Source: Phycisphaerales bacterium
GTDB taxonomy: Bacteria; Planctomycetota; Phycisphaerae; Phycisphaerales; UBA1924
DNA: 64,000 nt
NCBI GenBank assembly: GCA_965227775.1
Contig: OZ245777.1
Location: 2,944,001-3,008,000 of the forward strand
Direction: 5' to 3'
Below the pieces are notes generated by a model. The model was given only the letters and a program-made list of their open reading frames with translations, did no database searches and had not been told where the DNA came from. This document shows positions 9,348 to 18,408 of the stretch, piece after piece. The stretch's first letter is position 1; the number at the start of each line of letters is the position of its first letter. Both the position numbers and the translations under genes were made by a program.

Positions 9348-10163
9348 ATGGCACAAGTCGAAGTGAGCGCAAAAGACGTCATGAAGCTGCGTCAGAAGAC
9401 GGGCCTCTCGATGATGGAGTGCAAGAAGGCACTCACCGAGGCCGGCGGCGATCAGGACGCTGCCGAGGAGCTGCTGCGCAAGAAGCTCAAGGGCAAGATG
9501 GAGACCCGGACCGACCGCGCTGCGGGCGAGGGCCGCATCGGCGTGGCGATCGACGGCGACAAGGCCGCAATCGTCGAGATCCGTGCGGAAACCGACTTCA
9601 CGGCCAAGAACGAGAAGTTCGTCGACATGACCCAGAACATTGCCAACGCCGCCAAGGACGCGGGAGCCGGCGATGTAGCGCTGCCTGACTCTGCCACCGG
9701 CACGCTCGACGAGATCCGCATCACGACGGGCGAGAACATCAGCTACGCCCGCGGCAAGGCGCTGCAGGGCGGCAAGTTCGCCAGCTACGTGCATCACGAC
9801 GGCAAGACCGGCGTGCTGCTGCAGGCCGAGGGTGACGTCGACGACGCCACCATGAAGGACATCTGCATGCACATCGTGGCAGCAGTACCCACGCCCGCGG
9901 GCGTGAACCCCGACGATGTGCCGGCCGACCTTATCGAGAAGGAGCGCCAGTTCCGCCTCGCCCAGGCGATGGAGAGCGGCAAGCCCCAGGAGATCGCCGA
10001 GAAGATGGTCGAGGGCGGCATGCGCAAGTTCTTCGAGACGGTTGCCCTGGTGGAGCAGCCGTTCGTGAAGGACCCGGCAACCAAGATCAAGGACTTGGTG
10101 GGCTCCAACGGCAAGCTCGTGCACTTCGAGCGTTGGGTCGTGGGCGAGACCGCCGAGGACTGA
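9348..10163 (+). CDS. tsf: elongation factor Ts
   Basis: VMKLRQKTGLSMMECKKAL, ETDF, YVH; directly follows rpsB. Confidence 0.97.
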   Translation: MAQVEVSAKDVMKLRQKTGLSMMECKKALTEAGGDQDAAEELLRKKLKGKMETRTDRAAGEGRIGVAIDGDKAAIVEIRAETDFTAKNEKFVDMTQNIANAAKDAGAGDVALPDSATGTLDEIRITTGENISYARGKALQGGKFASYVHHDGKTGVLLQAEGDVDDATMKDICMHIVAAVPTPAGVNPDDVPADLIEKERQFRLAQAMESGKPQEIAEKMVEGGMRKFFETVALVEQPFVKDPATKIKDLVGSNGKLVHFERWVVGETAED

Positions 10164-10185
10164 GCCGGTCCTAATATCGGCCACC

Positions 10186-10770
10186 ATGGCCGCAACCCAC
10201 AACGAGCAGTACACCATCCGGGCCAAGGTCTTCGACCTTGTCCCGCAGTTTTTTGTTACCGACCGAGACGGCCAGATGGTGGGCTACTGCCGCCAGAAGC
10301 TGTTCAAGTTCAAGGAAGAGATCGTTCTCTTCACCGATCGCTCGCGCGACACCGAGCTCCTGCGTATCAAGGCCCGTCAGATCATTGACTTCGGCGCGAC
10401 CTACGACGTCGTGATGCCCAATGGCCAGTCGATCGGCTCGCTACGACGCAAGGGCCTCAAGAGCACGTTCGTCCGCGACGAGTGGATGGTGTTCGACGAT
10501 CAGGGCCAGCAGATCGGCACGCTTCGAGAAGACTCGACGTTTCGCGCGTTGCTTCGTCGAACGGTCGATGCGGCGGCGACGTTCATGCCCCAGAAGTTTC
10601 ATCTGACCGACACCGGCGGAAGCGAGATTGCCGTGTTTCGCCAACACTTCAACCCGTTCGTATTCAAGATGGGCGTGGCCGTGCTGCAGGACAACGAGCA
10701 CCTCGACGACCTCATGCTGATCGCCATCGGCGTGCTGACGGCGGTGATCGAGGGTCGCCAGCGGAGTTGA
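10186..10770 (+). CDS. LURP-one/scramblase (tubby C-like) family protein
   Basis: QKLFKFKE..., ARQIIDFGATYDV, IGSLRRKGLKS pattern. Confidence 0.7.
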   Translation: MAATHNEQYTIRAKVFDLVPQFFVTDRDGQMVGYCRQKLFKFKEEIVLFTDRSRDTELLRIKARQIIDFGATYDVVMPNGQSIGSLRRKGLKSTFVRDEWMVFDDQGQQIGTLREDSTFRALLRRTVDAAATFMPQKFHLTDTGGSEIAVFRQHFNPFVFKMGVAVLQDNEHLDDLMLIAIGVLTAVIEGRQRS

Positions 10771-10773
10771 CGG

Positions 10774-12705
10774 CTAGCGCTGTCGGCCGACGAGAACCGC
10801 GAGCAGCGTGAGATCGGCGGGCGTCACGCCCTCGAGCCGCGACGCTTGGCCGAACGTCTCCGGGCGAAATCGGTCGAGCGACTGGCGAGCCTCGGTGCGC
10901 AGGCTCGACATCGTCGTGTAATCGACATGCGAAGGTATGCGGCGACGCTCCATTTCCCGCTGCCGCTTGATCTCGTTCGTCTGACGCTTGATGTACGGCT
11001 CATAGCGACACTCGGCCGCGACCATGCGAAGCACCCTTGGGTCGAACGCTCGGCCTGCGATCTGTGTTACATCACGCTCGAAGCTCGCGTCGTCGTACTG
11101 CGGTTGCCTGAGTGCGTGCGACATTGAGCGGCCGTTGATCGTTGCCGAGGCAACAAGTAGCCGAAGGGCATCGGCTTCTGCCGTGCTTTGCTCGAAGCTC
11201 TCGACTCGCTGCTGGCCGATGTCGGTCGACCGCAGCAGTCCAATCTCGATGGCCTTCGGCGTGAGGCGTTCGGCGGCGTTGTCGCTGCGAAGCAGCAATC
11301 GGTGCTCGGCTCGGCTCGTGAACATGCGATACGGCTCGACCGGCGTGCGCGTCACGAGGTCGTCCATCAGCACGCCGATGTACGCCTCATCGCGCCCAAG
11401 AACAAAGTTGGCCTCACACCTGCTCGCGAACAATGCGGCATTGATGCCTGCCACGAGGCCCTGCGCCGCCGCTTCCTCATACCCGCTGGTGCCGTTGATC
11501 TGGCCGGCCAGGAAGAGCCCGTGGTACCGCTTCGTGCGACACGTCGCCTCGATCTGGTGCGGGCGGACCATGTCGTACTCAACGGCGTACCCCCACCGGT
11601 AGACATGGGCGTTTTCACAACCGGGCATGGTGTGGACGACGACGTCCTGCACATCGGCGGGCAGGCTTGTCGCGATGCCATTGCAGTAAACCCAGTCGCT
11701 CTCGAGGCTCTCGAGCTCAAGGAAGACCGTGTGCGAGGTGCGCTCGGCAAAGCGGTGGACCTTGTCTTCTATGCTCGGGCAGTAACGTGGGCCTGGGGCG
11801 AGATCGCCGCGGAACATGGGTGCACGATGAAGGTTTTGACGCACGAATTCGTGGGCTTGCGGCGATGTGCTGGTCTTCTTACAGGGCGTTGGCGTGAGCA
11901 CCGGGAATCGCGGCGCGGCAACATCCCCGACTACCCAGCCACAGGCTTCGCCGGACTCGGATGGCAGGGGCGTAAGCCTACTGAACGGCTCGGGCTCCTC
12001 GTCCGGCGGCTGGTCTTCGAGGCTGTCCCACTCGATCGAAGACTTCTGGATGCGCGGCGGCGTACCGGTGCGGAGACGGCCCAGGTCGAACCCGAGCCTT
12101 GACAGCTCAGCCGAAATGCCGACAGACGGCGCCTCACCGTGGCGGCCGCCGGGCGACTTCTGTTCGCCGGTATGCATCAGTCCGCGCATGAACGTGCCAG
12201 TGGTCAGGATGACCGCGGCCGCTCGCAGCTCGACCGGGAACGCGCGCGATTCACCTGTACCCGGGCCCAGCCGGACGCCAACTACGCGATCACCCTCGAG
12301 CACAAATTGCTCGACCGCCGCTTCGATGATCTCGATCTCCGGGCGAGCCTCGAGCATTGACCGCACGGCTCTCGGATAGGCTAGCTTGTCGCTCTGGGTG
12401 CGCGGGCCCCGAACGGCTGGTCCCCGGCTGCGATTGAGCAATGCGAAGTTGATGCCGGTCGCGTCGGCGGCGAGGCCCATGAGCCCGCCCATGGCGTCGA
12501 TCTCGTTGACGAGTTGGCCTTTTGCGAGCCCGCCGATGGCTGGATTGCAGCTCATCGCGCCGATCGTGTCGATTCGAAGGGTCACCAGCGCGACCGATCG
12601 GTCCTCGCCCAATAGATTGGCGGCGGCCCACGCGGCTTCTGCGCCAGCGTGTCCGCCGCCGATCACGATCACCCGATACTCATGGCTTGCCGACTGGGTC
12701 GTCAT
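10774..12705 (-). CDS. mnmG: tRNA uridine-5-carboxymethylaminomethyl(34) synthesis enzyme MnmG
   Basis: GGGHAG, MSCNPAIGG, GPRYCPSIEDK, AGQINGTSGYEEAAAQG, YRMFTSRAE. Confidence 0.97.
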   Translation of the reverse strand: MTTQSASHEYRVIVIGGGHAGAEAAWAAANLLGEDRSVALVTLRIDTIGAMSCNPAIGGLAKGQLVNEIDAMGGLMGLAADATGINFALLNRSRGPAVRGPRTQSDKLAYPRAVRSMLEARPEIEIIEAAVEQFVLEGDRVVGVRLGPGTGESRAFPVELRAAAVILTTGTFMRGLMHTGEQKSPGGRHGEAPSVGISAELSRLGFDLGRLRTGTPPRIQKSSIEWDSLEDQPPDEEPEPFSRLTPLPSESGEACGWVVGDVAAPRFPVLTPTPCKKTSTSPQAHEFVRQNLHRAPMFRGDLAPGPRYCPSIEDKVHRFAERTSHTVFLELESLESDWVYCNGIATSLPADVQDVVVHTMPGCENAHVYRWGYAVEYDMVRPHQIEATCRTKRYHGLFLAGQINGTSGYEEAAAQGLVAGINAALFASRCEANFVLGRDEAYIGVLMDDLVTRTPVEPYRMFTSRAEHRLLLRSDNAAERLTPKAIEIGLLRSTDIGQQRVESFEQSTAEADALRLLVASATINGRSMSHALRQPQYDDASFERDVTQIAGRAFDPRVLRMVAAECRYEPYIKRQTNEIKRQREMERRRIPSHVDYTTMSSLRTEARQSLDRFRPETFGQASRLEGVTPADLTLLAVLVGRQR

Positions 12706-12730
12706 ACAGCCAAGTGTAGAAGCGAGCCGC

Positions 12731-13411
12731 TCAGACCGTGTTGGTGTCCTGCTCGGCGCAATCGGTGGCTTCCGCCACGCCGACCGCGACGGCCATCTTG
12801 ACGAGGCATGGCAGGGTCTTCGCCCGCATCTTGCTCATGACTCGCGAGCGGTGGACCTCGATGGTCTTCTCGCTCAGGCCCAGCTTCGCAGCAACCTGCT
12901 TGTTGGCGTAGCCATCGACGACCAGTTCCATGACCTCGCGCTCGCGCGGGGTGAGCTTCTCGAGCCGGCCGCGGATGCCGGCGACGCTGGCAGCGCGGGA
13001 GCGACGCTCCTCATCGACCTCGATCGCACGCGAGATCTGCTCAAGCAGCTCCTGGTCGCGGAATGGCTTCTCAAGGAAGTCGATGGCGCCGCGCTTGAGG
13101 GCCTGCACGGCCATCGGGACGTCGCCGTGGCCGCTGATCATGATGATCGGCAGCTTGACGCCTCGGCCCTTGAGCATGTCGAGAAGCTCCATGCCGCTGG
13201 TGCCGGGCATGCGTACGTCGAGCACGAGGCAGCCCGGGGCGTCGCCGGAGAACTCTTCGAGGAACGCGTCGGCGTTGGCGAACGGCTCGACGTTGAGGCC
13301 AACCGACTCGATCAGCCATCGCAGCGAATCGCGCATCGATGGATCGTCATCGACGATAAACACCGTCGCCGACTTGGTGATGTGGGTTTCTTCGGTCTGT
13401 ACCTGGCTCAT
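12731..13411 (-). CDS. FixJ/LuxR family response regulator
   Basis: VDDD, LDVRMPG, DFLEKPF, LTPREREV and KTIEVHRSRVM HTH; 4-bp overlap with the kinase gene. Confidence 0.92.
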   Translation of the reverse strand: MSQVQTEETHITKSATVFIVDDDPSMRDSLRWLIESVGLNVEPFANADAFLEEFSGDAPGCLVLDVRMPGTSGMELLDMLKGRGVKLPIIMISGHGDVPMAVQALKRGAIDFLEKPFRDQELLEQISRAIEVDEERRSRAASVAGIRGRLEKLTPREREVMELVVDGYANKQVAAKLGLSEKTIEVHRSRVMSKMRAKTLPCLVKMAVAVGVAEATDCAEQDTNTV

Positions 13412-15012
13412 GCGGCGCCTCCTTGGCTCTTGGATCGTGGTGATGTTGAAGCGACAGAGTCGCTCCCGCTGGCCTTTCGATCTCCGTTGATGCCCGTCGC
13501 ACGCTGGTGCGCGGGCAGCCGGAGCTCGAACACGGCCCCTCCACCGGGGTTGTTGAGCGCGGTCAATCGACCGCCATGAACCTCGGCGATGGTCTTGCTA
13601 ATAGACAGGCCGAGGCCCATCCCCTTGCTCTTTGTTGAAAAGAACGGCTCGAACAGTCGTCCTTCGACGCCGTTGGGCAGGCCCTGCCCGTTGTCGGTAA
13701 CCGCCAGGCAAACCATGCCCTCGTCGTCGAGGTAGGTCCGCACGCGAACGATGGCGGGCGAGCACTCTGCGGCAAGAACGGCGTCTCGCGCGTTCCGAAG
13801 CAGATTCAGTGCAACCTGCTGGATCTGAACCTCATCAGCGCGAACGAGCGGCAGGTCTTCCGCCACCTCGACGCACAAGCGAACACGACTGCTGTTGGGG
13901 CTGGCCTTGAAGAACTTGATTGCCTGACGGATCGAGTCATTCAGCGACATCGGCTGATACTGGCACGACGTCGTGGACGCGAAACCACGCATCCGCTTGA
14001 TGATGCCACCGGCAAACTCAGCCAGTTCGGCGCAGCCGCGGACGGTCTTGATGAGCTGCTCGCGATCGATCGTGCCGGCCTCGAGGCGGCGCAAAACCCC
14101 GTTCATGTAGTTGGTGATCGCGCCGAGTGGCTGATTGAGCTCGTGCGCGATGCCGCTGGCGAGTTCACCCAACGAATTCTTCTGCCACTGGTGGGCCATC
14201 TCATCGAGCTGCTGGCGATGCTGCTGCTCGGCACGCTTTGACTCGGTCAGCGACTCGTGTGCCACGACGGCGTACCGGGTGCCACTCCATTCAAAGCCCG
14301 AAGCCCGGACTTGGAACCATCGCTGCTCGTCGGGACTATCGCACGGGTACTCGACGTATGTCGCACTCTGCTGCCCCGCCAGCACCGAACGCAAGCCTCG
14401 GGCTACCGCGTCGGCTTCGACGGCCGCTTCACCATCGGCTTGATCGCACGCTTGCAGGTAGTTGGAGCCGATACACGCGTCGTCGGATTCGAGCCCGTTG
14501 AGGCGTGCAAACTCTCGCCATGCCTTGTTGACGGCCATGATGCGACCCGAGCTGTCGAGCAGGGCAACCTCTGCTGGCATGACATCGAGCGCTGCCACGA
14601 GCAGTTCCATCGTGCCGCCGGTGCCATCGCTCAGGCCGGTCTTGATGTCGCCAGCCGTCGGCCCACGATCTCGCTCGACCAGGAGCAGCCAGCGATCGGA
14701 CGTCCCGCCGGGCTCACGAACGACCTCGACCCGGACTTCAGAGTTTGAGGCGTCGCGAAGGCAGCATGGGCGCCCTTCCTGGAGGGCAGACTCAACCTCA
14801 TCGCGTACGTGCTTGTCGACACCGAAGGCATCGAACGCGTCTGCGTGTGTCCCGAGGTTCCGTGCCGCCGCGTTCGCCCACGCGATCGAGATCGATCCAT
14901 CAGCCCATTGCACGGCGTAGGCCGGCGCGGGATGACACTCCATCAGCCGCGCCGACGCGTTGGTGCGCGTCGCGTCGAGTGCGCTCATGGGATGTTGGTC
15001 ATTGCGGATCAT
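13408..15012 (-). CDS. cytoplasmic PAS-domain sensor histidine kinase (FixL-like H-box)
   Basis: IAHELNQPLGAI, QVALNLLRNA, DNGQG, FEPFFSTK, GMGLGL; PAS-like N-terminal half; start may be the ATG at 14988. Confidence 0.9.
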   Translation of the reverse strand: MIRNDQHPMSALDATRTNASARLMECHPAPAYAVQWADGSISIAWANAAARNLGTHADAFDAFGVDKHVRDEVESALQEGRPCCLRDASNSEVRVEVVREPGGTSDRWLLLVERDRGPTAGDIKTGLSDGTGGTMELLVAALDVMPAEVALLDSSGRIMAVNKAWREFARLNGLESDDACIGSNYLQACDQADGEAAVEADAVARGLRSVLAGQQSATYVEYPCDSPDEQRWFQVRASGFEWSGTRYAVVAHESLTESKRAEQQHRQQLDEMAHQWQKNSLGELASGIAHELNQPLGAITNYMNGVLRRLEAGTIDREQLIKTVRGCAELAEFAGGIIKRMRGFASTTSCQYQPMSLNDSIRQAIKFFKASPNSSRVRLCVEVAEDLPLVRADEVQIQQVALNLLRNARDAVLAAECSPAIVRVRTYLDDEGMVCLAVTDNGQGLPNGVEGRLFEPFFSTKSKGMGLGLSISKTIAEVHGGRLTALNNPGGGAVFELRLPAHQRATGINGDRKASGSDSVASTSPRSKSQGGAA

Positions 15013-15382
15013 TTGAGTTTGTACTTAGTGTCCCTGACAAATCGAGCCTGCTCGATGCCCGTTCCTCCAGATTGAAGAACGACCGCGGCGAGGATCTCCT
15101 CGATACTCGGGCATTCCCTATGATAAGGGCGAACGTGTACGGGTTGACATTTATTCCGGCTGGTTTGCTGCGATCCGCAGGCTCTCTCTCGGGTAACGGC
15201 TGCGATCGGTCATTTGTAGTAGATGGAGTGGAATGGCTGGTCGGGACTGACAGGTCCCAGAACCTTGGGCGTCCCGTCAAATATCCGCATTTTCCTCCCG
15301 ATTACGGGGGGCTGCTGGTACACTGGACCTGCGGAACGGTACAGAGAGATCACGATACACCCAATTTCAGAGGAGAGCACCC

Positions 15383-17596
15383 ATGCCGATGCAATTCCGT
15401 CGCGCGGCCACATTGGCCGCCGCGGCTGGCTTGGTCTTCGCCGCCACGGCGAACGCCCAGGGCAGTTGCCGCGCTGACCTTGACGGAGACGGCGAACTGA
15501 CCGTCTTCGACTTCCTTGAGTTCCAGAACCTGTTCACCGCCGGCGATCTGACCGCCGACTTCGACGGGAACGGCCGACTGGACATCTTCGACTTCCTCGA
15601 GTTCCAGAACGAGTTCACGATGGGCTGCCCCACGGGCGAGATCATCTCGACCGAGTTGGCTTCCGAGGATCTCTCCGAGTTCCCGCACGCCGATTACGTC
15701 AAGGCGTTCCAGGAGGACCGTTCGTTCTGGGTCTCGATCGACCCGGGCCAGGTCACCCCGCCCAGCGGCACCGTCGACATCTACGTTGTTGACGACAAGA
15801 CCGAGGCCGAGTGGACCAGCGATCCCTCGCTCGTCGATGCTCGCGGCCTGTTCCAGCCCGCCACGTTCTCCGGCGGCGCTTCGACCGCCAACAACCAGGT
15901 CGAGGTCGGGGGCGTGAGCTTCCTGAACGCGGACGCTGGTGAGAACCTCGGCGTGCCCTACGACGTCGTCATCGACGTCAACCGCAACGGCATGCTTGAC
16001 GAGGGCGACATCATCGACGGCCTCGACAGCGCCGGCTTGTGGCTGTTCAAGGACCTGACGACGCTCGGCCCGGCTGCCCGGACCCGCGTGGAAACCTACA
16101 CGGCTTCGTTCCCCGGCATCCCGTCCGGCCGCAACCAGCAGCGCCTGACCTACCCGAGCGACATCGCCAGCCGCACCGACGTGCCGGTGGTGATCATCGC
16201 GCACGGTAACGGCCAGGACTATCGCTGGTACGACTACATGCACGATCACTTCGCCAGCCATGGCTTCGTCGTGATGAGCCACCAGAACGACACCGTTCCC
16301 GGTATCGAGACGGCCAGCGAGACGATCCTTCGCCACACCGACTACTTCTGGGGCAACCTGGCGACGATCGCCGGCGGTGCGCTCAACGGTCGCCTGGACA
16401 AGAGCAACACCTCGTGGATCGGCCACAGCCGAGGCGGCGAGGGCGTGGCACGCGCCTACGACAAGCTGCTTGATGGCATCTACAACCCGGTGAACTACGA
16501 CATCTCGGACATCAACCTGGTGTCGAGCATCGCGCCCACCGACTTCCTGCTGACGACCCGTTCGAACCCGCACGGGTCGAATCACCACCACATCGCCGGC
16601 TCGGGCGATGGTGATGTGAACGGCGGCCCGACGTCGCCCATCGTTCAGTACTTCGCCATCTACGAGCGTGCGAACACCCAAGAGGGTGACAGCCAGCGCA
16701 CCAACACCTACGTGCTCGGCGCCGACCACAACGACTTCAACTGCTGCGGCTTCAACGATTACAGCGGTCCGGCCGCTCTGCAGATCGGCCGCGCCGAGGC
16801 CCAGCAGGTTGCCAAGATCGTCTGGCTCGTGCTGATCCAGAACGCGGCTCGCGGCGACGAGGTTTCGATGGAGTTCGTCCAGCGCGAGAAGGAGTCGCTG
16901 CGTCCGCTGGGCGTCCGCTCGTCGACGAACGTTGTCAGCGAGTACAAGGCGCCGTTCGATCTGTCTGAGAAGACCATCATCGATGACTTCCAGACGCAGT
17001 CTTCGTCCACGATTGCCAGCTCGGGCGCGTCCGTGAGCTTCAACGTGACGAACTTCACCGAGGGCCGTCTGGACGACAACAACACGTCGTTCACCTGGCT
17101 CGCTTCCGACCCGATGAACGGCATGACCCGCGGCAACAACGGCGGCGATCAGACCCGTGGCATCGTCTTCGATTACTCGATCGATCGCTTCCTGCAGTAC
17201 GACCTGCTCAGCCTACCGCTGTACGCCGATTGGACGCAGTACAGCACCCTGAGCTTCCGTGCGTGCCAGGGCACGCGTCACCCCGACACGGTGGCGATCA
17301 GCGCGAACCAGACCTTCACGGTCACCGTCATCGACGGCGATGGCAACAGCAGCTCGATCAACATCGGTGCCTATGGCAACGCTGGCCTGAACGAGCCGTT
17401 CCCTCGCACGGGCGCTGGCTCGGGCGCTGGCTGGGGCAACGAATTCGAGACGTTCCGCATCAACATTCAGGACTTCCTGCGTGATGGAACGACCCTCGAC
17501 CTGTCGAACATCGATCGCGTCCGCTTCGAGTTCGGGCCGTCCTTCGGTTCGAACCGTGGCCGCATCGGCTTCGATGACCTGGAACTGCTCCGTTAA
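15383..17596 (+). CDS. secreted protein: N-terminal GC-type dockerin, alpha/beta hydrolase, C-terminal beta-rich domain
   Basis: signal peptide; CRADLDGDGELTVFDFLEFQNLF..ADFDG..GC; IIAHGN, GHSRGG nucleophile motif, GSGDGDV, GADHN; RBS GAGGAG. Confidence 0.85.
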   Translation: MPMQFRRAATLAAAAGLVFAATANAQGSCRADLDGDGELTVFDFLEFQNLFTAGDLTADFDGNGRLDIFDFLEFQNEFTMGCPTGEIISTELASEDLSEFPHADYVKAFQEDRSFWVSIDPGQVTPPSGTVDIYVVDDKTEAEWTSDPSLVDARGLFQPATFSGGASTANNQVEVGGVSFLNADAGENLGVPYDVVIDVNRNGMLDEGDIIDGLDSAGLWLFKDLTTLGPAARTRVETYTASFPGIPSGRNQQRLTYPSDIASRTDVPVVIIAHGNGQDYRWYDYMHDHFASHGFVVMSHQNDTVPGIETASETILRHTDYFWGNLATIAGGALNGRLDKSNTSWIGHSRGGEGVARAYDKLLDGIYNPVNYDISDINLVSSIAPTDFLLTTRSNPHGSNHHHIAGSGDGDVNGGPTSPIVQYFAIYERANTQEGDSQRTNTYVLGADHNDFNCCGFNDYSGPAALQIGRAEAQQVAKIVWLVLIQNAARGDEVSMEFVQREKESLRPLGVRSSTNVVSEYKAPFDLSEKTIIDDFQTQSSSTIASSGASVSFNVTNFTEGRLDDNNTSFTWLASDPMNGMTRGNNGGDQTRGIVFDYSIDRFLQYDLLSLPLYADWTQYSTLSFRACQGTRHPDTVAISANQTFTVTVIDGDGNSSSINIGAYGNAGLNEPFPRTGAGSGAGWGNEFETFRINIQDFLRDGTTLDLSNIDRVRFEFGPSFGSNRGRIGFDDLELLR

Positions 17597-17679
17597 CACT
17601 GCACCTCACACGGGGTCCTCGTCCTTCGGGCCGAGGACAAAACTGAACGATCACCGATAACAATCGGAGTCAGAGAGCC

Positions 17680-18309
17680 ATGAAGTTTTTGAACACAACG
17701 CTTGCGGCGTCCGTCCTGGCTGGTGCCGTCGTCGTCGCCGCTCCCCCGCAAACGCCCGCCACTCCGGCGGCGGTGCAGGACATCGTTTTCGCGCAGCCCT
17801 TCACCCTGGACCAGGGTGAGGTCAGCACCTGGCGCGCCGAGCGCCCGGTCGTTGACAGCGGCTACATCATCGTGCTGAAGGTCAACCCCGACCTGGTGTA
17901 TCCGCGTCAGAGCGCCGAGCCGGTGCTCTACGTGGGCGACACCACCGCTCAGCGCCTCAACGTGGGCTATCGCTCGGGCCATGTCGTCGCCGTCGTCGGC
18001 GCCGAGATCACCGGCGAGCAGGCCATGGACCTGAGCAAGGTCAAGATCTGGTTCGGCACCCCCGAACTGCCCGAGCGCGTCGATGCCAACCGCATCGCGC
18101 AGGAGTCGGCCCTGGCCGACGCCGCGGGCATCAAGCCGTTCTCGGCCGACAAGATCAGCGGCCTGCTGGCTCAGAACGAGACGCTGAGCGAGCAGAGCAT
18201 GGCCGGCATCCTTGATGACGTCGCCGCTCAGATCCGCCGCTTCAGCCCGCAAGAGGAAGAAGTGGCCGTCGCCCTCGAGGCGAGCTCGGGCCAGACCGCG
18301 GGCAACTGA
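17680..18309 (+). CDS. secreted hypothetical protein
   Basis: signal peptide, strong GC3 codon bias, co-oriented with the upstream hydrolase and followed by a terminator. Confidence 0.8.
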   Translation: MKFLNTTLAASVLAGAVVVAAPPQTPATPAAVQDIVFAQPFTLDQGEVSTWRAERPVVDSGYIIVLKVNPDLVYPRQSAEPVLYVGDTTAQRLNVGYRSGHVVAVVGAEITGEQAMDLSKVKIWFGTPELPERVDANRIAQESALADAAGIKPFSADKISGLLAQNETLSEQSMAGILDDVAAQIRRFSPQEEEVAVALEASSGQTAGN

Positions 18310-18360
18310 GCCCGTCACGCGATCGGCGGACTCGTCCGCCATCCGTTCTTGATCCAAGAC

Positions 18361-18397
18361 CGCCCCGCCATCGAGAGATGGCGGGGCGTTTTGTTTT
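18361..18397 (+). terminator. rho-independent terminator
   Basis: CGCCCCGCCATC-GAGA-GATGGCGGGGCG followed by TTTTGTTTT. Confidence 0.9.
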
Positions 18398-18408
18398 GCG
18401 TCAGTGAA

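Noticed and set aside
15013..15382. FNR/FixK box near the FixL/FixJ-like genes
   Set aside because: No TTGAT-N4-ATCAA match was found; only an isolated TTGACA at 15144 without a convincing -10.
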